From contig NC_007614.1 of the NCBI RefSeq assembly GCF_000196355.1, forward strand, positions 2,400,001 through 2,432,000: 32,000 nt of DNA. Reading direction: 5' to 3'. Positions within the stretch are counted from its first letter, which is position 1, and each line of letters opens with the position of its first letter. This DNA comes from Nitrosospira multiformis ATCC 25196. GTDB taxonomy: Bacteria > Pseudomonadota > Gammaproteobacteria > Burkholderiales > Nitrosomonadaceae. The notes beneath the pieces are model-generated. The model saw only the letters and a program-made list of their open reading frames with translations. It was not told the DNA's origin and did no database searches. The position numbers and the translations under genes were made by a program. Of the stretch, positions 9,395 to 19,181 are shown in pieces.

Positions 9395-9670
9395 ATGAAC
9401 ACTATAGAATTGATGAAGGAAAAGCTCGCTGCGCTGGAGCCTGTCGTAATCCGGATTGTGGACGAAAGCGCGCGTCATGCGGGACATGAAGGCGCCAAGG
9501 CAGGGGGTGGCCACTATTTACTTACCATCGTCTCACATCAATTCACCTGTAAGTCGGCGCTGGCGCGGCACCGGCTGGTTTACGATACCCTGCGCGAGAT
9601 GATGCACAAGAATATTCACGCCTTGGGTGTAAAAGCGTATACTCCCGAGGAATTTGATTCGATCCACTGA
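9395..9670 (+). CDS. BolA family protein
   Basis: MNTIELMKEKLAALEPVVIRIVDESARHAGHEGAKAGGGHYLLTIVSHQF...RHRLVYDTLREMMHKNIHALGVKAYTPEE. Confidence 0.92.
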   Translation: MNTIELMKEKLAALEPVVIRIVDESARHAGHEGAKAGGGHYLLTIVSHQFTCKSALARHRLVYDTLREMMHKNIHALGVKAYTPEEFDSIH

Positions 9671-9682
9671 GAAGGAAACTTC

Positions 9683-10480
9683 ATGCATTTTATGAAATTT
9701 ACTCGACTTGCGGCACTGGGTATCTCCGGGCTGATCGCCGCGACGACCGTTCAGGCCCAAACCGGCTCAACTATGGCAAAAGTGAATGGTACGCCGATTC
9801 CCCAATCGCGCCTCGAATTCATAATGAAGGCGCGTGCCAGCCAGGGCCAGCCGGATACGCCGGAGGCGAGGAAAGCCTTGCGCGAGGATCTCATCACTGA
9901 AGAGGTAATCGCCCAGGAAGCGAAGAAGAAGGGGCTGGACAGGGATCCGGACTTTATCACCCAGCTCGACATGGCGCGCCAGACAGCGATGGTCAGGGCA
10001 TACCAGATCGATTACATAAAGAACCACCCGGTAAGCGACGAAGAGCTGCATAAGGAATATGAAACGGTAAAGACGCAGATGGGGGATAAGGAATACAAGG
10101 CTCACCATATTCTGGTGGCTACAGAAGAGGAAGCCAAAGACATTATCGCCAAGTTAAAAAAAGGCGCAAAGTTTGACAAACTTGCCGGGGAAAAATCCCT
10201 GGACACGGGCAGCAAGAGCAAGGGGGGCGAACTGGACTGGAGCCCGGCCGCAAGCTATGTTCAACCTTTTGCCGAGGCCTTGACCAAGCTGCACAAGGGC
10301 CAGCTCACCGACCAGCCGGTAAAAACCCCCTTCGGCTGGCATGTGATCCGCCTGGATGATGTGCGACCCCTGAAAATTCCCCCGTTCGAGGAAATAAAAC
10401 AAAACCTGGCCCAGCGCGTGTTGCAACGTCAATTTGCGGCCTCGATCAACGATCTCCGCTCGAAAGCGAAAGTCGAGTAA
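9683..10480 (+). CDS. Periplasmic peptidylprolyl isomerase (SurA/PpiC-type, parvulin domain)
   Basis: Signal peptide MHFMKFTRLAALGISGLIAATTVQAQ. Parvulin domain KAHHILVATEEEAKDIIAKLKKGAKFDKLAGEKSLD...GGELDWSP...VKTPFGWHVIRLDD. Confidence 0.92.
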   Translation: MHFMKFTRLAALGISGLIAATTVQAQTGSTMAKVNGTPIPQSRLEFIMKARASQGQPDTPEARKALREDLITEEVIAQEAKKKGLDRDPDFITQLDMARQTAMVRAYQIDYIKNHPVSDEELHKEYETVKTQMGDKEYKAHHILVATEEEAKDIIAKLKKGAKFDKLAGEKSLDTGSKSKGGELDWSPAASYVQPFAEALTKLHKGQLTDQPVKTPFGWHVIRLDDVRPLKIPPFEEIKQNLAQRVLQRQFAASINDLRSKAKVE

Positions 10481-10538
10481 ATTTTCCTCCTAAGCTTTAT
10501 TTCCTTATTCCTTCTACCAGGAAGCGCAATTCCGAGAC

Positions 10539-10565
10539 AAAAAGGCAGCCCAGGCTGCCTTTTTT
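10539..10565 (+). terminator. Rho-independent terminator, likely bidirectional, between the convergent PPIase and alr genes
   Basis: AAAAAGGCAGCCCAGGCTGCCTTTTTT: GC stem GGCAGC/GCTGCC with flanking A and T tracts. Confidence 0.9.
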
Positions 10566-10594
10566 GTTCTGTCCTACAGTAAAAGAGAAGAATT

Positions 10595-11668
10595 TTACGT
10601 TACCCTTTGCATTCTCGGCGCAATCGCGCACAACAGTTCATAACCCAGTGTGCCAGCGGCCCGCGCAACCTCATCAACCGGCATACCCCTTCCCCATAGC
10701 GTTACCGGACTGCCTACACCTGCATCCTCGATCTCGCTCAGGTCCACATGCAACATGTCCATGGAGATGCGTCCCACGATCCGCGTTCGTCTTCCCTTTA
10801 CAAGCACCGGGGTACCAGTAGGGGCATGGCGGGGATAGCCATCCGCATAGCCGCCTGCAACAATGCCCACTCGCATCGAGCTACCAGCCCGAAAAGCGTG
10901 CCCGTAACCCACTCCGTCGTTTGGCCTGAGCGTTTGCACGGAGATAATCCTGCTCGATACAGTCATGGCAGGTTGCAAACCCAATTGCTCTGCGGTCGTG
11001 TGCGCAAGCGGCGAGGAGCCATAAAGCATGATGCCGGGGCGCACCCAGTCAGCATGTGCTTCGGGAAAACGAAGAATGGCGGCAGAATTCGCGAGCGAAC
11101 GGGGCATATATCTCCCTCCCGCTGCCAGATTGAAACATTGCAGTTGCGCCGCAATACTGTCGTTTCTGTCCGGTTCGTCGGCACATGCAAAATGAGTCAT
11201 AAGGGTTATCTGCCGCACTGCCGGATTCGCTTTGAGGTGCTCCAGCGCAGCGGGAAATTCCGTGGGCGTAAATCCGAGCCGGTTCATGCCGCTATTGAGC
11301 TTCAGAAATACATCCAGCGTTGCCCGCCTTCGAACCGCCTCCAGCATGGCAAGCTGCTCAGGGTGATGCACCACGGTACTTAAACGGTATTGCTCGATCC
11401 AGCTCAGTTCGTCTATGTCGAAAAAACCTTCAAGCAACAGGATCGTCTGGCGATAGCCCGCTTCTCTTAAACGCACGGCAGCATCTAGTTCGAGCAGGGC
11501 AAATCCCTCTGCCTCCGCCAGGGCCTCGGCAGCACACAGCAATCCATGACCGTATGCATCCGCCTTGATGACGGCCATCACGCGTGAACGTGGCGCATGG
11601 CGACGAACGATAGCGAGGTTGCGCTCGAGCGCGGCGGGATCAATCAACGCCTGGATGGGACGCGACAT
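10595..11668 (-). CDS. alr: Alanine racemase
   Basis: MSRPIQALIDPAALERNLAIVRRHAPRSRVMAVIKADAYGHGL...KLNSGMNRLGF...GRISMDMLHVDLSEI. Confidence 0.96.
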   Translation of the reverse strand: MSRPIQALIDPAALERNLAIVRRHAPRSRVMAVIKADAYGHGLLCAAEALAEAEGFALLELDAAVRLREAGYRQTILLLEGFFDIDELSWIEQYRLSTVVHHPEQLAMLEAVRRRATLDVFLKLNSGMNRLGFTPTEFPAALEHLKANPAVRQITLMTHFACADEPDRNDSIAAQLQCFNLAAGGRYMPRSLANSAAILRFPEAHADWVRPGIMLYGSSPLAHTTAEQLGLQPAMTVSSRIISVQTLRPNDGVGYGHAFRAGSSMRVGIVAGGYADGYPRHAPTGTPVLVKGRRTRIVGRISMDMLHVDLSEIEDAGVGSPVTLWGRGMPVDEVARAAGTLGYELLCAIAPRMQRVT

Positions 11669-11874
11669 GGTAATTCAGGATATCCGAAAGTTTTTGAAGA
11701 TTTTCTTTGAAGGGATTTTGCGGGAACCGGGAATTCTTATGAATGCTCCGGATCAAGCCGTTTTGCGGGCAGCCTCAAAGGCCTGAAATTTTCCATCGGG
11801 AGAGGTGTCGACGACCGTTGTATAATGCCACGCCTCATTGTTAAAAAAGAAGGTCAAGTTCTAGGAGAAAACGC

Positions 11875-13149
11875 TTGAAACGCGGATTTTATACCATTAT
11901 GGCGGCCCAGTTTTTTTCTTCGCTGGCCGACAATGCGCTATTGGTCGTTGCCATTGCCCTTTTGGTGGAGTTGCACGCGCCCGCTTATCTCACGCCGATG
12001 CTCAAGTTTGTGTTTGTTCTCTTTTACGTGATCCTCGCGCCTTTCGTCGGAGCCTTCGCGGATTCCATGGCCAAGGGCCGGGTCATGTTCATCAGCAATG
12101 CGATCAAGATTTTGGGCTGCAGCCTGCTTTTCCTGGCAACGCACCAGTACTTCGCACTCGCTGCCTACGCGGTAGTGGGGCTTGGCGCAGCTGCCTATTC
12201 CCCAGCAAAATACGGGATACTGACTGAGCTGCTGCCACCCGAAAAACTCGTCATCGCCAATGGCTGGATCGAAGGCTTGACTGTGGCCTCCATCATACTA
12301 GGCACGGTGCTGGGAGGCTTGCTGATCTCACCGGCCATCTCCGCCGCCCTGCTGTCGTTCGATTTCCCCCTGATCAATACCGGGGTGGACACTGTACCGG
12401 AGGCAAGCATACTGCTCATCGCGATATTTTATACTGCTGCTGCCATCTTCAATCTTTACATCCCCAACACCGGGGTCGATCATCGCATTCTCAGGAAAAA
12501 TCCAATGTTTCTCGTGCATGAGTTCAGCCATTGCATGAGGCTGCTGTGGGCAGACAAGCTGGGGCAGATTTCACTGGCAGTGACGACCCTTTTCTGGGGC
12601 GCGGGGGCAACGCTGCAATTCATCGTGCTGAAGTGGGCAGATGCCGCCCTCGGCTATCCCTTGAGCAAGGCCGCGCAACTCCAGGGGGTAGTCGCCGTCG
12701 GTATTGCCTTAGGGGCAGTCACTGCAGCACGAATAGTGTCACTCCGGCAATCGGTGAAGGTGATTCCGCTGGGCATTGCCATGGGCATTGTGGTAATGGC
12801 AATGATTTTTGCCCGCGAGTTGTGGATTGCGATTCCGCTTCTCATGCTGATTGGCGGGCTTGCCGGATTTTTTGTCGTGCCGATGAATGCCCTGCTGCAA
12901 CACCGGGGCCACATCCTGATGGGTGCCGGCCACTCTATTGCTGTACAGAATTTCAACGAGAATCTGAGTATTCTCACCATGCTGGGGCTGTATGCGTTAC
13001 TGGTGAGCTTTGACGTGCACGTGTATACGGTAATTATTCTCTTCGGCCTGTTCGTAGCCGTGATCATGGCGGTGATACGCCAGTGGCATCTGCACAACCA
13101 GAGCATCGAGGATTCTCTTCATCTCATTGGAGCGCATAAGGGGCACTGA
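11875..13149 (+). CDS. lplT: Lysophospholipid transporter LplT (MFS)
   Basis: TTG start behind TAGGAG. MKRGFYTIMAAQFFSSLADNALLVVAIALLVELHAPAYLTPMLKFVFVLFYVILAPFVGAFADS...YSPAKYGILTELLPPEKLVIANGWIEG. Confidence 0.93.
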   Translation: MKRGFYTIMAAQFFSSLADNALLVVAIALLVELHAPAYLTPMLKFVFVLFYVILAPFVGAFADSMAKGRVMFISNAIKILGCSLLFLATHQYFALAAYAVVGLGAAAYSPAKYGILTELLPPEKLVIANGWIEGLTVASIILGTVLGGLLISPAISAALLSFDFPLINTGVDTVPEASILLIAIFYTAAAIFNLYIPNTGVDHRILRKNPMFLVHEFSHCMRLLWADKLGQISLAVTTLFWGAGATLQFIVLKWADAALGYPLSKAAQLQGVVAVGIALGAVTAARIVSLRQSVKVIPLGIAMGIVVMAMIFARELWIAIPLLMLIGGLAGFFVVPMNALLQHRGHILMGAGHSIAVQNFNENLSILTMLGLYALLVSFDVHVYTVIILFGLFVAVIMAVIRQWHLHNQSIEDSLHLIGAHKGH

Positions 13150-13204
13150 GGAAATTGGGGAGGGTTTAGGGGCATCGAGGATTATTATGGATTGCCGATC
13201 GTAA

Positions 13205-13705
13205 TCATATGATAACCGGCCAGTCCGGCAATTCATTTTTCCCACCTTCCCGACCGGCTGGGAAATGTGTCTGCAAATGACCCCCTACTGACCGGATTCC
13301 ACTGATGACCCCGGATTCAAACTGCCCCTGACTGAAATGGGTTTCCATTTCGCGGCAGATGGTTTCCCATTTTTCATGACCGACTTTCGCGTCGATCCCC
13401 CGGTCAGCAACGATCTCGACATTGTGATCGGCCAGAAGCAGGTAAATCAGGACGCCGTTGTTATGCTCGGTATCCCACACGCGCAGTTGCGAAAATACTT
13501 CGACAGCCCGCTCGCGTGCCGATGTTGCTCTCACCAGAGGCAGCATATCCAGTGCTGCCTCCACTGCAAAGCGGATTTCTCCCCGGTGACTGAATTCCGA
13601 CTGCGCGATCGCATATTCGATAGCGGTAAGGGCCGTAGCGGGAAATGCCTTGCGCACCGCCAGGGGCCCCGTAAAAAGATGCCGCAGTATTCGCGTGAAA
13701 TCCAT
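13205..13705 (-). CDS. TPM domain (TLP18.3/Psb32/MOLO-1) protein without signal peptide
   Basis: LTAIEYAIAQSEFSHRGEIRFAVEAALDMLPLVRATSARERAVEVFSQLRVWDTEHNNGVLIYLLLADHNVEIVADRGI. Start is immediately downstream of the stop of the following TPM gene. Confidence 0.85.
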   Translation of the reverse strand: MDFTRILRHLFTGPLAVRKAFPATALTAIEYAIAQSEFSHRGEIRFAVEAALDMLPLVRATSARERAVEVFSQLRVWDTEHNNGVLIYLLLADHNVEIVADRGIDAKVGHEKWETICREMETHFSQGQFESGVISGIRSVGGHLQTHFPAGREGGKNELPDWPVII

Positions 13706-14629
13706 CTACCATCTCCCTGAGGCACCGCCGCCACCGAAGCCACCCCCGCCTCCACCGAAACCCCCACCGCCACCGAAGCCGCCGGGACCGCCCCTGCCAC
13801 CCCATCCTCCATAACCACCGAAGCCACCCGGCCAGCCGCGCCCCCCTCTGTAAATTCCACTACCGGCGTGACCGAACAGGCTGATGAAAAACGCAAAGGC
13901 AGCAGCGATCAGGGCCAGGAATATCGAAGCGAATACCAGCCAGACGATAATGGCTGCAGCTGTGCTCAACAGGGTCGCACCGAGAAAGCGACCGAAAATG
14001 GACTGAAATACCTTGGCGGCAATGAAGAGCAGGATAAAGACAAAAATAATATTATTCACCAGGATATCGGCGGCAGCGGAAGAATCGCCGCCACGTGCGG
14101 AACGAGCGGGAGGGGGCGGCAAGGGCTCTCCTTCGATTACCCCTATTATTCGGTCGACACCGGCATTTATGCCTGCCGCAAATCGTCCCTGTCTGAATTC
14201 CGGCACGATGATCTCGTCGGTTATACGCTTCGCCACGGCGTCCGGAAGCACGCCCTCCAGACCATATCCCACTTCCACACGCACGGTTCTATCCTGCTTT
14301 GCAACCAGCAGCAGAACGCCGTCATCGATACCCTTGCGTCCCAGCTTCCAGGCGTCCACTACCCGAATTGAATACTGCTCGATGGTTTCAGGCTGGGTGG
14401 TGGAGACAATCAGTACCGCAATCTGACTGCCTTTCCTGGCTTCAAATGCGGCGAGCTTCTGCTCCAGCTGAGTAGCTTCGTTTGCAGAAAGTGTCCCGGT
14501 GAGATCGGTAACGCGCGCTTTGAGGGGTGGAATCGCGACATCCGCCATCGCCAGGGAGGCGGAAACAAGCAGAGCGATGAATACGAGAACCTTTCTCCCG
14601 GCATGAATCATATGTAAAGCCTTTGCCAT
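13706..14629 (-). CDS. YgcG-like TPM-domain protein with signal peptide, TM segments and Gly-rich C-terminal tail
   Basis: MADVAIPPLKARVTDLTGTLSANEATQLEQKLAAFEARKGSQIAVLIVSTTQPETIEQYSIRVVDAWKLGRKGIDDGVLLLVAKQDRTVRVEVGYGLEGVLPDAVAKRI..., ending GGFGGGGGGFGGGGASGRW. The longest ORF extends to 14725; the start is chosen internally before the signal peptide. Confidence 0.88.
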   Translation of the reverse strand: MAKALHMIHAGRKVLVFIALLVSASLAMADVAIPPLKARVTDLTGTLSANEATQLEQKLAAFEARKGSQIAVLIVSTTQPETIEQYSIRVVDAWKLGRKGIDDGVLLLVAKQDRTVRVEVGYGLEGVLPDAVAKRITDEIIVPEFRQGRFAAGINAGVDRIIGVIEGEPLPPPPARSARGGDSSAAADILVNNIIFVFILLFIAAKVFQSIFGRFLGATLLSTAAAIIVWLVFASIFLALIAAAFAFFISLFGHAGSGIYRGGRGWPGGFGGYGGWGGRGGPGGFGGGGGFGGGGGGFGGGGASGRW

Positions 14630-14797
14630 TCCTGCCTTGACGCCATGGGCAGGATGAGTGGTAAACAGCATGACCTGTTGAACAATGAGAGGGTACGGCT
14701 TGCTGTCTCCATTCATCCTACTCAAGGATAAAGAATAAGGTGGAGGTCAATCTCAAGTTTCCAGAATCGAGAGGCATCTTCCAAAGTTCTCTTCCGG

Positions 14798-15391
14798 CTA
14801 CGGCTTGCCGAAATCCACCTTGGGCGCGGTCGAAATCGCTTTCTCGTCATCCACCGTGAGGCTGGGCTTCACCTTGTAGCCAAATAACATCGCGGTAAGA
14901 TTGGTGGGAAAGGAACGTACTACGAGGTTGTATTCCTGAACCGCCTTGATGTAACGGTTGCGGGCAACGGCAATACGGTTCTCGGTGCCTTCCAGTTGCG
15001 CCTGCAATTCCCGGAAATTGGCATTTGATTTCAGTTCCGGATACTTCTCCACCACGACCAGCAAACGTGACAGAGCGTTCGACAGTTCCCCCTGGGCACT
15101 TTGAAACTTTGCAAATGCCTCCGGGTCATTGAAAAGCTCCGGTGTAGCCTGGATGCTGCCCACCCTGGAACGCGCATTGGTTACCCCCAGCAGTACCTCT
15201 TTTTCCTGGGCAGCAAAACCTTTTACAACGTTTACCAGATTGGGGATGAGATCAGCGCGGCGTTGATACTGGTTCAGCACTTCACCCCAGCTTGCCTTGA
15301 TCTGCTCATCCGTAGACTGCAAGGTATTGTATCCACAGCCACCCAAACTCATTGCTAGAAGCAATATCAGAGAACGCAGCAGGTTGTTCAT
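14798..15391 (-). CDS. lemA: LemA family protein (lipoprotein-like signal)
   Basis: MNNLLRSLILLLAMSLGGCGYNTLQSTDEQIKASWGEVLNQYQRRADLIPNLVNVVKGFAAQEKEVLLGVTNARSRVG. Start placed at the internal Met before the lipobox. Confidence 0.94.
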   Translation of the reverse strand: MNNLLRSLILLLAMSLGGCGYNTLQSTDEQIKASWGEVLNQYQRRADLIPNLVNVVKGFAAQEKEVLLGVTNARSRVGSIQATPELFNDPEAFAKFQSAQGELSNALSRLLVVVEKYPELKSNANFRELQAQLEGTENRIAVARNRYIKAVQEYNLVVRSFPTNLTAMLFGYKVKPSLTVDDEKAISTAPKVDFGKP

Positions 15392-15672
15392 GAAAATCTT
15401 CCTGGAAAAAATTGCAGATATATGGATAAGTATAGGCGAACTCATGAATAATATAGTGGTTTAATTTGCACAGGAGTCTGATATACCCACGCGGATCTGC
15501 CCGCCACAGGTGGGGAAGCAACGCTCGCAGCAGTCACCGTGCCAGCCAACTGCTTACCAACGACGAAGGGTTCCAGAACCCCCGGCCAGTGCTGCAATTA
15601 ATCGATGCTCATCTGATAGCTACATTAGCCAGCATAATTAAAATTATAAGTTGCTGTGGAGCGATAGGGGCA

Positions 15673-17145
15673 ATGATAAATCCTGGAACAACAGTACTTT
15701 TATTCAAGATACTTCTTGTCTGTTACCTGCTGTTCTCGGTCATGCTGGTACGGGCCGGGGTGACGGAACCAAACCCGCGCCTGGAGGACGCTTTCGACTT
15801 CATGAATGTGTTGGCGAAAAAGGGGCTCCACGACCTGAAGGAAGAGCGCTGGAATGCTTATGGCCAGTTCACCTACATTTCGAGCTGGAAAAGTGGATTT
15901 CCGGCTTCGTATACCAACCTGAACGGAAGTATCAACTCATTGTTGCCGGGAAGCGAAAGAAGCTTTACCGGAACGGCGACGCTGTACCTGGGGCTCAAGA
16001 CATGGCATGGCGGCGAGATTTATTATGTGCCGGAAATGATATCCATGCGGCCCTTATCGGACTTGAAAGGGCTGGGTGGCGCCATACAAAACTTCGAACT
16101 GCAAAAAGGCGGTACGGAAACTCCGATCTTTTACCAGTCGCGTTTGTTTTTCAAACAGACTTTTGGATTTGGCGGAGAGCGCATACAACTCACTTCCGAT
16201 CCGATGCAGCTCGGAACAACGGTGGATAGCAGGCGCCTCGTTGTCAGGTTTGGCAATTTCAGCGTGATTGATTTTTTCGATAAGAATTCATACTCCGGCG
16301 ACCTGCGCAGGCAATTCTTAAATATGGCCTTCATGACCTACGCAGCCTTCGATTTCGCCGCGGATGCGAGAGGATATACCTGGGGCGGGGTAGCCGAATA
16401 TTTTCATGATGACTGGACGTTCCGCTTCGGCCATGTAGCCACCGCCATCGACCCCAACCAGATCCCTCTCGATATGAGGGTATTCAAATATTACGGACAG
16501 CAGGTTGAAGTTGAACGCCGCCATTTGTTGAACGGCTATCCTGGTGCTGTCAGGATACTGGCTTACCGTAATCATGAAAACATGGGTAAATTCAGCGATG
16601 CCATTGCTGCTTTCCGGTTCGATCCCAATAAGAATGCCACCACCTGTACGGGCTTCAATTACGGCTCGGGTAATGCAGGAGCGCCGGATTTATGCTGGGC
16701 GCGCAACCCGAACGACAAGATGGGCATAGGGATCAATATTGAGCAGCAAGTGCTGGATGGCGTCGGCTTATTTTTTCGCGGAATGTACAGCGACGGCAAA
16801 ACTGAAGTGTATTCCTATACCTCTACCGACAGATCGATTTCACTTGGCGCTCTGGTTAACGGCTTCCGTTGGGGGCGGGACGGAGATTTGCTTGGCATCG
16901 GATTTGCTGCGGGCTGGATTTCGGGCCAGCATGCCAAATACTTGAATATGGGGGGCGTCGACGGATTTATCGGGGATGGCCGGATCAAGGCGCGCGCGGA
17001 GGATGTAGTGGACATTTTCTATAGCGTCAATGTGCTAAGTTCCCTTTGGGTGACCGCCGACTATCAGCATATTACCAACCCTGGTTTCAATGCCGATCGC
17101 GGTCCTGTGAATATCTATGGGCTTAGAGTCCATGCGGAATTCTAA
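15673..17145 (+). CDS. Carbohydrate-selective porin, OprB-like family
   Basis: Signal-like MINPGTTVLLFKILLVCYLLFSVMLVRAG, then AYGQFTYISSWKSGFPASYTNLNGSINSLLPGSERSFTGTATLYLGLKTWHGGEIYYVPE...; aromatic C-terminus ...VNIYGLRVHAEF typical of outer-membrane beta-barrels. The ORF track starts at 15466, but ATG 15673 fits the signal peptide. Confidence 0.78.
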   Translation: MINPGTTVLLFKILLVCYLLFSVMLVRAGVTEPNPRLEDAFDFMNVLAKKGLHDLKEERWNAYGQFTYISSWKSGFPASYTNLNGSINSLLPGSERSFTGTATLYLGLKTWHGGEIYYVPEMISMRPLSDLKGLGGAIQNFELQKGGTETPIFYQSRLFFKQTFGFGGERIQLTSDPMQLGTTVDSRRLVVRFGNFSVIDFFDKNSYSGDLRRQFLNMAFMTYAAFDFAADARGYTWGGVAEYFHDDWTFRFGHVATAIDPNQIPLDMRVFKYYGQQVEVERRHLLNGYPGAVRILAYRNHENMGKFSDAIAAFRFDPNKNATTCTGFNYGSGNAGAPDLCWARNPNDKMGIGINIEQQVLDGVGLFFRGMYSDGKTEVYSYTSTDRSISLGALVNGFRWGRDGDLLGIGFAAGWISGQHAKYLNMGGVDGFIGDGRIKARAEDVVDIFYSVNVLSSLWVTADYQHITNPGFNADRGPVNIYGLRVHAEF

Positions 17146-17239
17146 AAAATTGTCATCCCGATTATCCCGGTGTCCGAAATTACTTGATCACTCCATAAGG
17201 ACAGAAATACGGACGGGTGGTGCGCGCCGATTCTGCGAT

Positions 17240-18055
17240 TTATTCCGGAGCCTTCAGAGCCTGCATGGTGCGTTGGGCGAAACACAGGTCCTCCCATGCC
17301 TTCGCTTTGGCAACCAGCGTGCGTAACAGATAAGCCGGGTGATAGGTGACAATCACGGGAATACCTTCGTGCTGGTGGAGTTTGCCCCGAAGGCTGCCTA
17401 TGCTTGCATCAGTATTGAGCAGATTCCTGGCGGCGGTTTTTCCGAGCGCGACAATCAGCCTTGGCTTGATCAGCTCGATTTGCCGCGCGAGGTACGGTTC
17501 GCAACATTGCGCTTCATCATCGGAAGGTTCGCGATTTCCAGGCGGGCGGCATTTTACGATGTTGGCTATAAAAACATCGCGCCCGCGCTTCAACCCAATG
17601 GCCATCAGCATGTTATCCAGCAGCTTGCCTGCCTGCCCCACGAAGGGTTCACCCAGGGCATCCTCCTGAGCGCCCGGTCCTTCGCCCACGTAAAGCCAGT
17701 CCGCATTCGGGTCACCCACGCCAAACACGGTGCGCGTACGCGAGCTGCACAGTCGGCACGCCACGCAGCCTTCCACACTCTCTTTAAGCTGATCCCACTC
17801 CATCCGCAGAATCATCGCCCGGCGCTTCTCTGCTACGTCCTCCGTCGCGTTAGCAGAAGGCACGCAAACCTGTTCTACCTGTTCTTCGAACTCGGAAGGC
17901 GCAACCACCGGCGCTACCATCACCTGGGCCGATTCCGGCGTCCTGGACGGGTTTCCGTCTTCGGTACACTCCCTGACGCGCCATACCGGCGTCAATCCCA
18001 GCTCTTTGAGTATCTCGCCTCGCCTGACCCGTCTTCTATCGTTGTTGCTGATCAC
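17240..18055 (-). CDS. Uracil-DNA glycosylase, family 4 (FeS-type)
   Basis: VACRLCSSRTRTVFGVGDPNADWLYVGEGPGAQEDALGEPFVGQAGKLLDNML...NIVKCRPPGNREPSDDEAQCCEPYL...GSLRGKLHQHEGIPVIVTYHPAYLLR, with spaced cysteines. Confidence 0.94.
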   Translation of the reverse strand: MISNNDRRRVRRGEILKELGLTPVWRVRECTEDGNPSRTPESAQVMVAPVVAPSEFEEQVEQVCVPSANATEDVAEKRRAMILRMEWDQLKESVEGCVACRLCSSRTRTVFGVGDPNADWLYVGEGPGAQEDALGEPFVGQAGKLLDNMLMAIGLKRGRDVFIANIVKCRPPGNREPSDDEAQCCEPYLARQIELIKPRLIVALGKTAARNLLNTDASIGSLRGKLHQHEGIPVIVTYHPAYLLRTLVAKAKAWEDLCFAQRTMQALKAPE

Positions 18056-18513
18056 AGCACCAATTCCATTACCAACGAGTCTTCACGCCCGCCCATCGCG
18101 GGATAATAATCCTTGCGTTTCCCGATCTGCCTGAATCCAAGCCGTTCATACAGTCGGGCGGCAACATGATTGGATACGCGCACATCCAGAAACATGGTGA
18201 GCGCCAGCTGCTCCCTTGCAATTTCGATGAAGTGGCGCAGCAATTTTTCACCCCAGCCCTTCCCTTGCGATTCCGGCGCAATACTGAGCGTCAACAGATG
18301 GGCTTCTTCTGCCCCGATTGTCATTACGCCATATCCAAAGATATATCCATCCTGCTCCAATACCAGACAATGATAGCCTGCGTCGAGCGAATCGCTGAAA
18401 TTGCCCGGAGTCCATGGAAAAAGAAAAACTTCCCTTTCAATCGTCACCACCGCGTCGAGGTCTGACGGGACCATTCGCCTTATTCGGGGGGATTCCTGCA
18501 ATTGGGCGCTCAT
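18052..18513 (-). CDS. rimI: Ribosomal protein S18-alanine N-acetyltransferase (GNAT)
   Basis: MSAQLQESPRIRRMVPSDLDAVVTIEREVFLFPWTPGNFSDSLDAGYHCLVLEQDGYIFGYGVMTIGAEEAHLLTLSIAPESQGKGWGEKLL...LDVRVSNHVAARLYERLGF; start overlaps the tsaB stop. Confidence 0.93.
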   Translation of the reverse strand: MSAQLQESPRIRRMVPSDLDAVVTIEREVFLFPWTPGNFSDSLDAGYHCLVLEQDGYIFGYGVMTIGAEEAHLLTLSIAPESQGKGWGEKLLRHFIEIAREQLALTMFLDVRVSNHVAARLYERLGFRQIGKRKDYYPAMGGREDSLVMELVL

Positions 18514-19181
18514 CGCTCCTTTTCCTTCAGGGCCACCTTGTTCCGAATATAGAGCGGAGCGGCATCCGCAGGATCGACACCCTGTCCTCTCGCGAATCTG
18601 GGAGCAGCCAGTTGCGCCATTGCGCGCGCGTCCGGCCGAACACCGCTGATGATGTGATTGAGGTAGCCTTCGTAACGTGTGCGCAACACTTCGGAATATA
18701 TATCGAACCCGCTCCCACACCCTGTCCAGTCCTGCTCCGGCACCAGAGGCGCATTTTGCGGCAGGCAGAGTGCAGGCTCGCTCACGACCTGCCATTCGTC
18801 CAGCACTTTCCTGTACGCGGCATGATAGATCTCATGCATGCGGGCATCCAGCGCTGCAACGACTTGTGTTCCGCCGGCTTGCTGTGCCAATGCTTCCAAT
18901 GTACTTATTCCGATCACTGGTAGCCCCGCCCCAAAAGCCAGTCCCTGCGCTATTCCGCATGCGATACGCAAGCCGGTGAAGGATCCAGGACCCGCGCCGA
19001 AAGCGATGCCATCCAGTTGCGCCAGCGTCAGCCCGGCTTCATCCAGCATCCGGCTCACCATCGGCAAAACCAGCTCGGAGTGGCGCTGCCCCGCAAGAAC
19101 CTCCTCACTGCGGATGTCACGCTCCAGCAGCAGTGCAATGGAACAGTATTCGCTGGATGTATCGAAAGCAAGAATTTTCAA
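18510..19181 (-). CDS. tsaB: tRNA threonylcarbamoyladenosine biosynthesis protein TsaB
   Basis: MKILAFDTSSEYCSIALLLERDIRSEEVLAGQRHSELVLPMVSRMLDEAGLTLAQLDGIAFGAGPGSFTGLRIACGIAQGLAFG. Confidence 0.96.
   Translation of the reverse strand: MKILAFDTSSEYCSIALLLERDIRSEEVLAGQRHSELVLPMVSRMLDEAGLTLAQLDGIAFGAGPGSFTGLRIACGIAQGLAFGAGLPVIGISTLEALAQQAGGTQVVAALDARMHEIYHAAYRKVLDEWQVVSEPALCLPQNAPLVPEQDWTGCGSGFDIYSEVLRTRYEGYLNHIISGVRPDARAMAQLAAPRFARGQGVDPADAAPLYIRNKVALKEKER

Noticed and set aside
11821-11826. TATAAT before lplT considered as a sigma70 -10 box
   Set aside because: The -10 is a perfect match, but no convincing -35 at 17 +/- 1 bp is present. Too weak to list as a promoter without TSS data.
13461-13805. 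Gly/Arg-rich 114-aa alternative-frame ORF over the TPM gene tail
   Set aside because: It is an out-of-frame reading of the Gly-rich repeat codons of the YgcG-like protein.
13706-13850. Low-complexity GGN repeats considered as a possible repeat array or CRISPR-like element
   Set aside because: It is a coding Gly-rich tail (GGFGGGGGGFGGGG), with no regular spacer/repeat structure.
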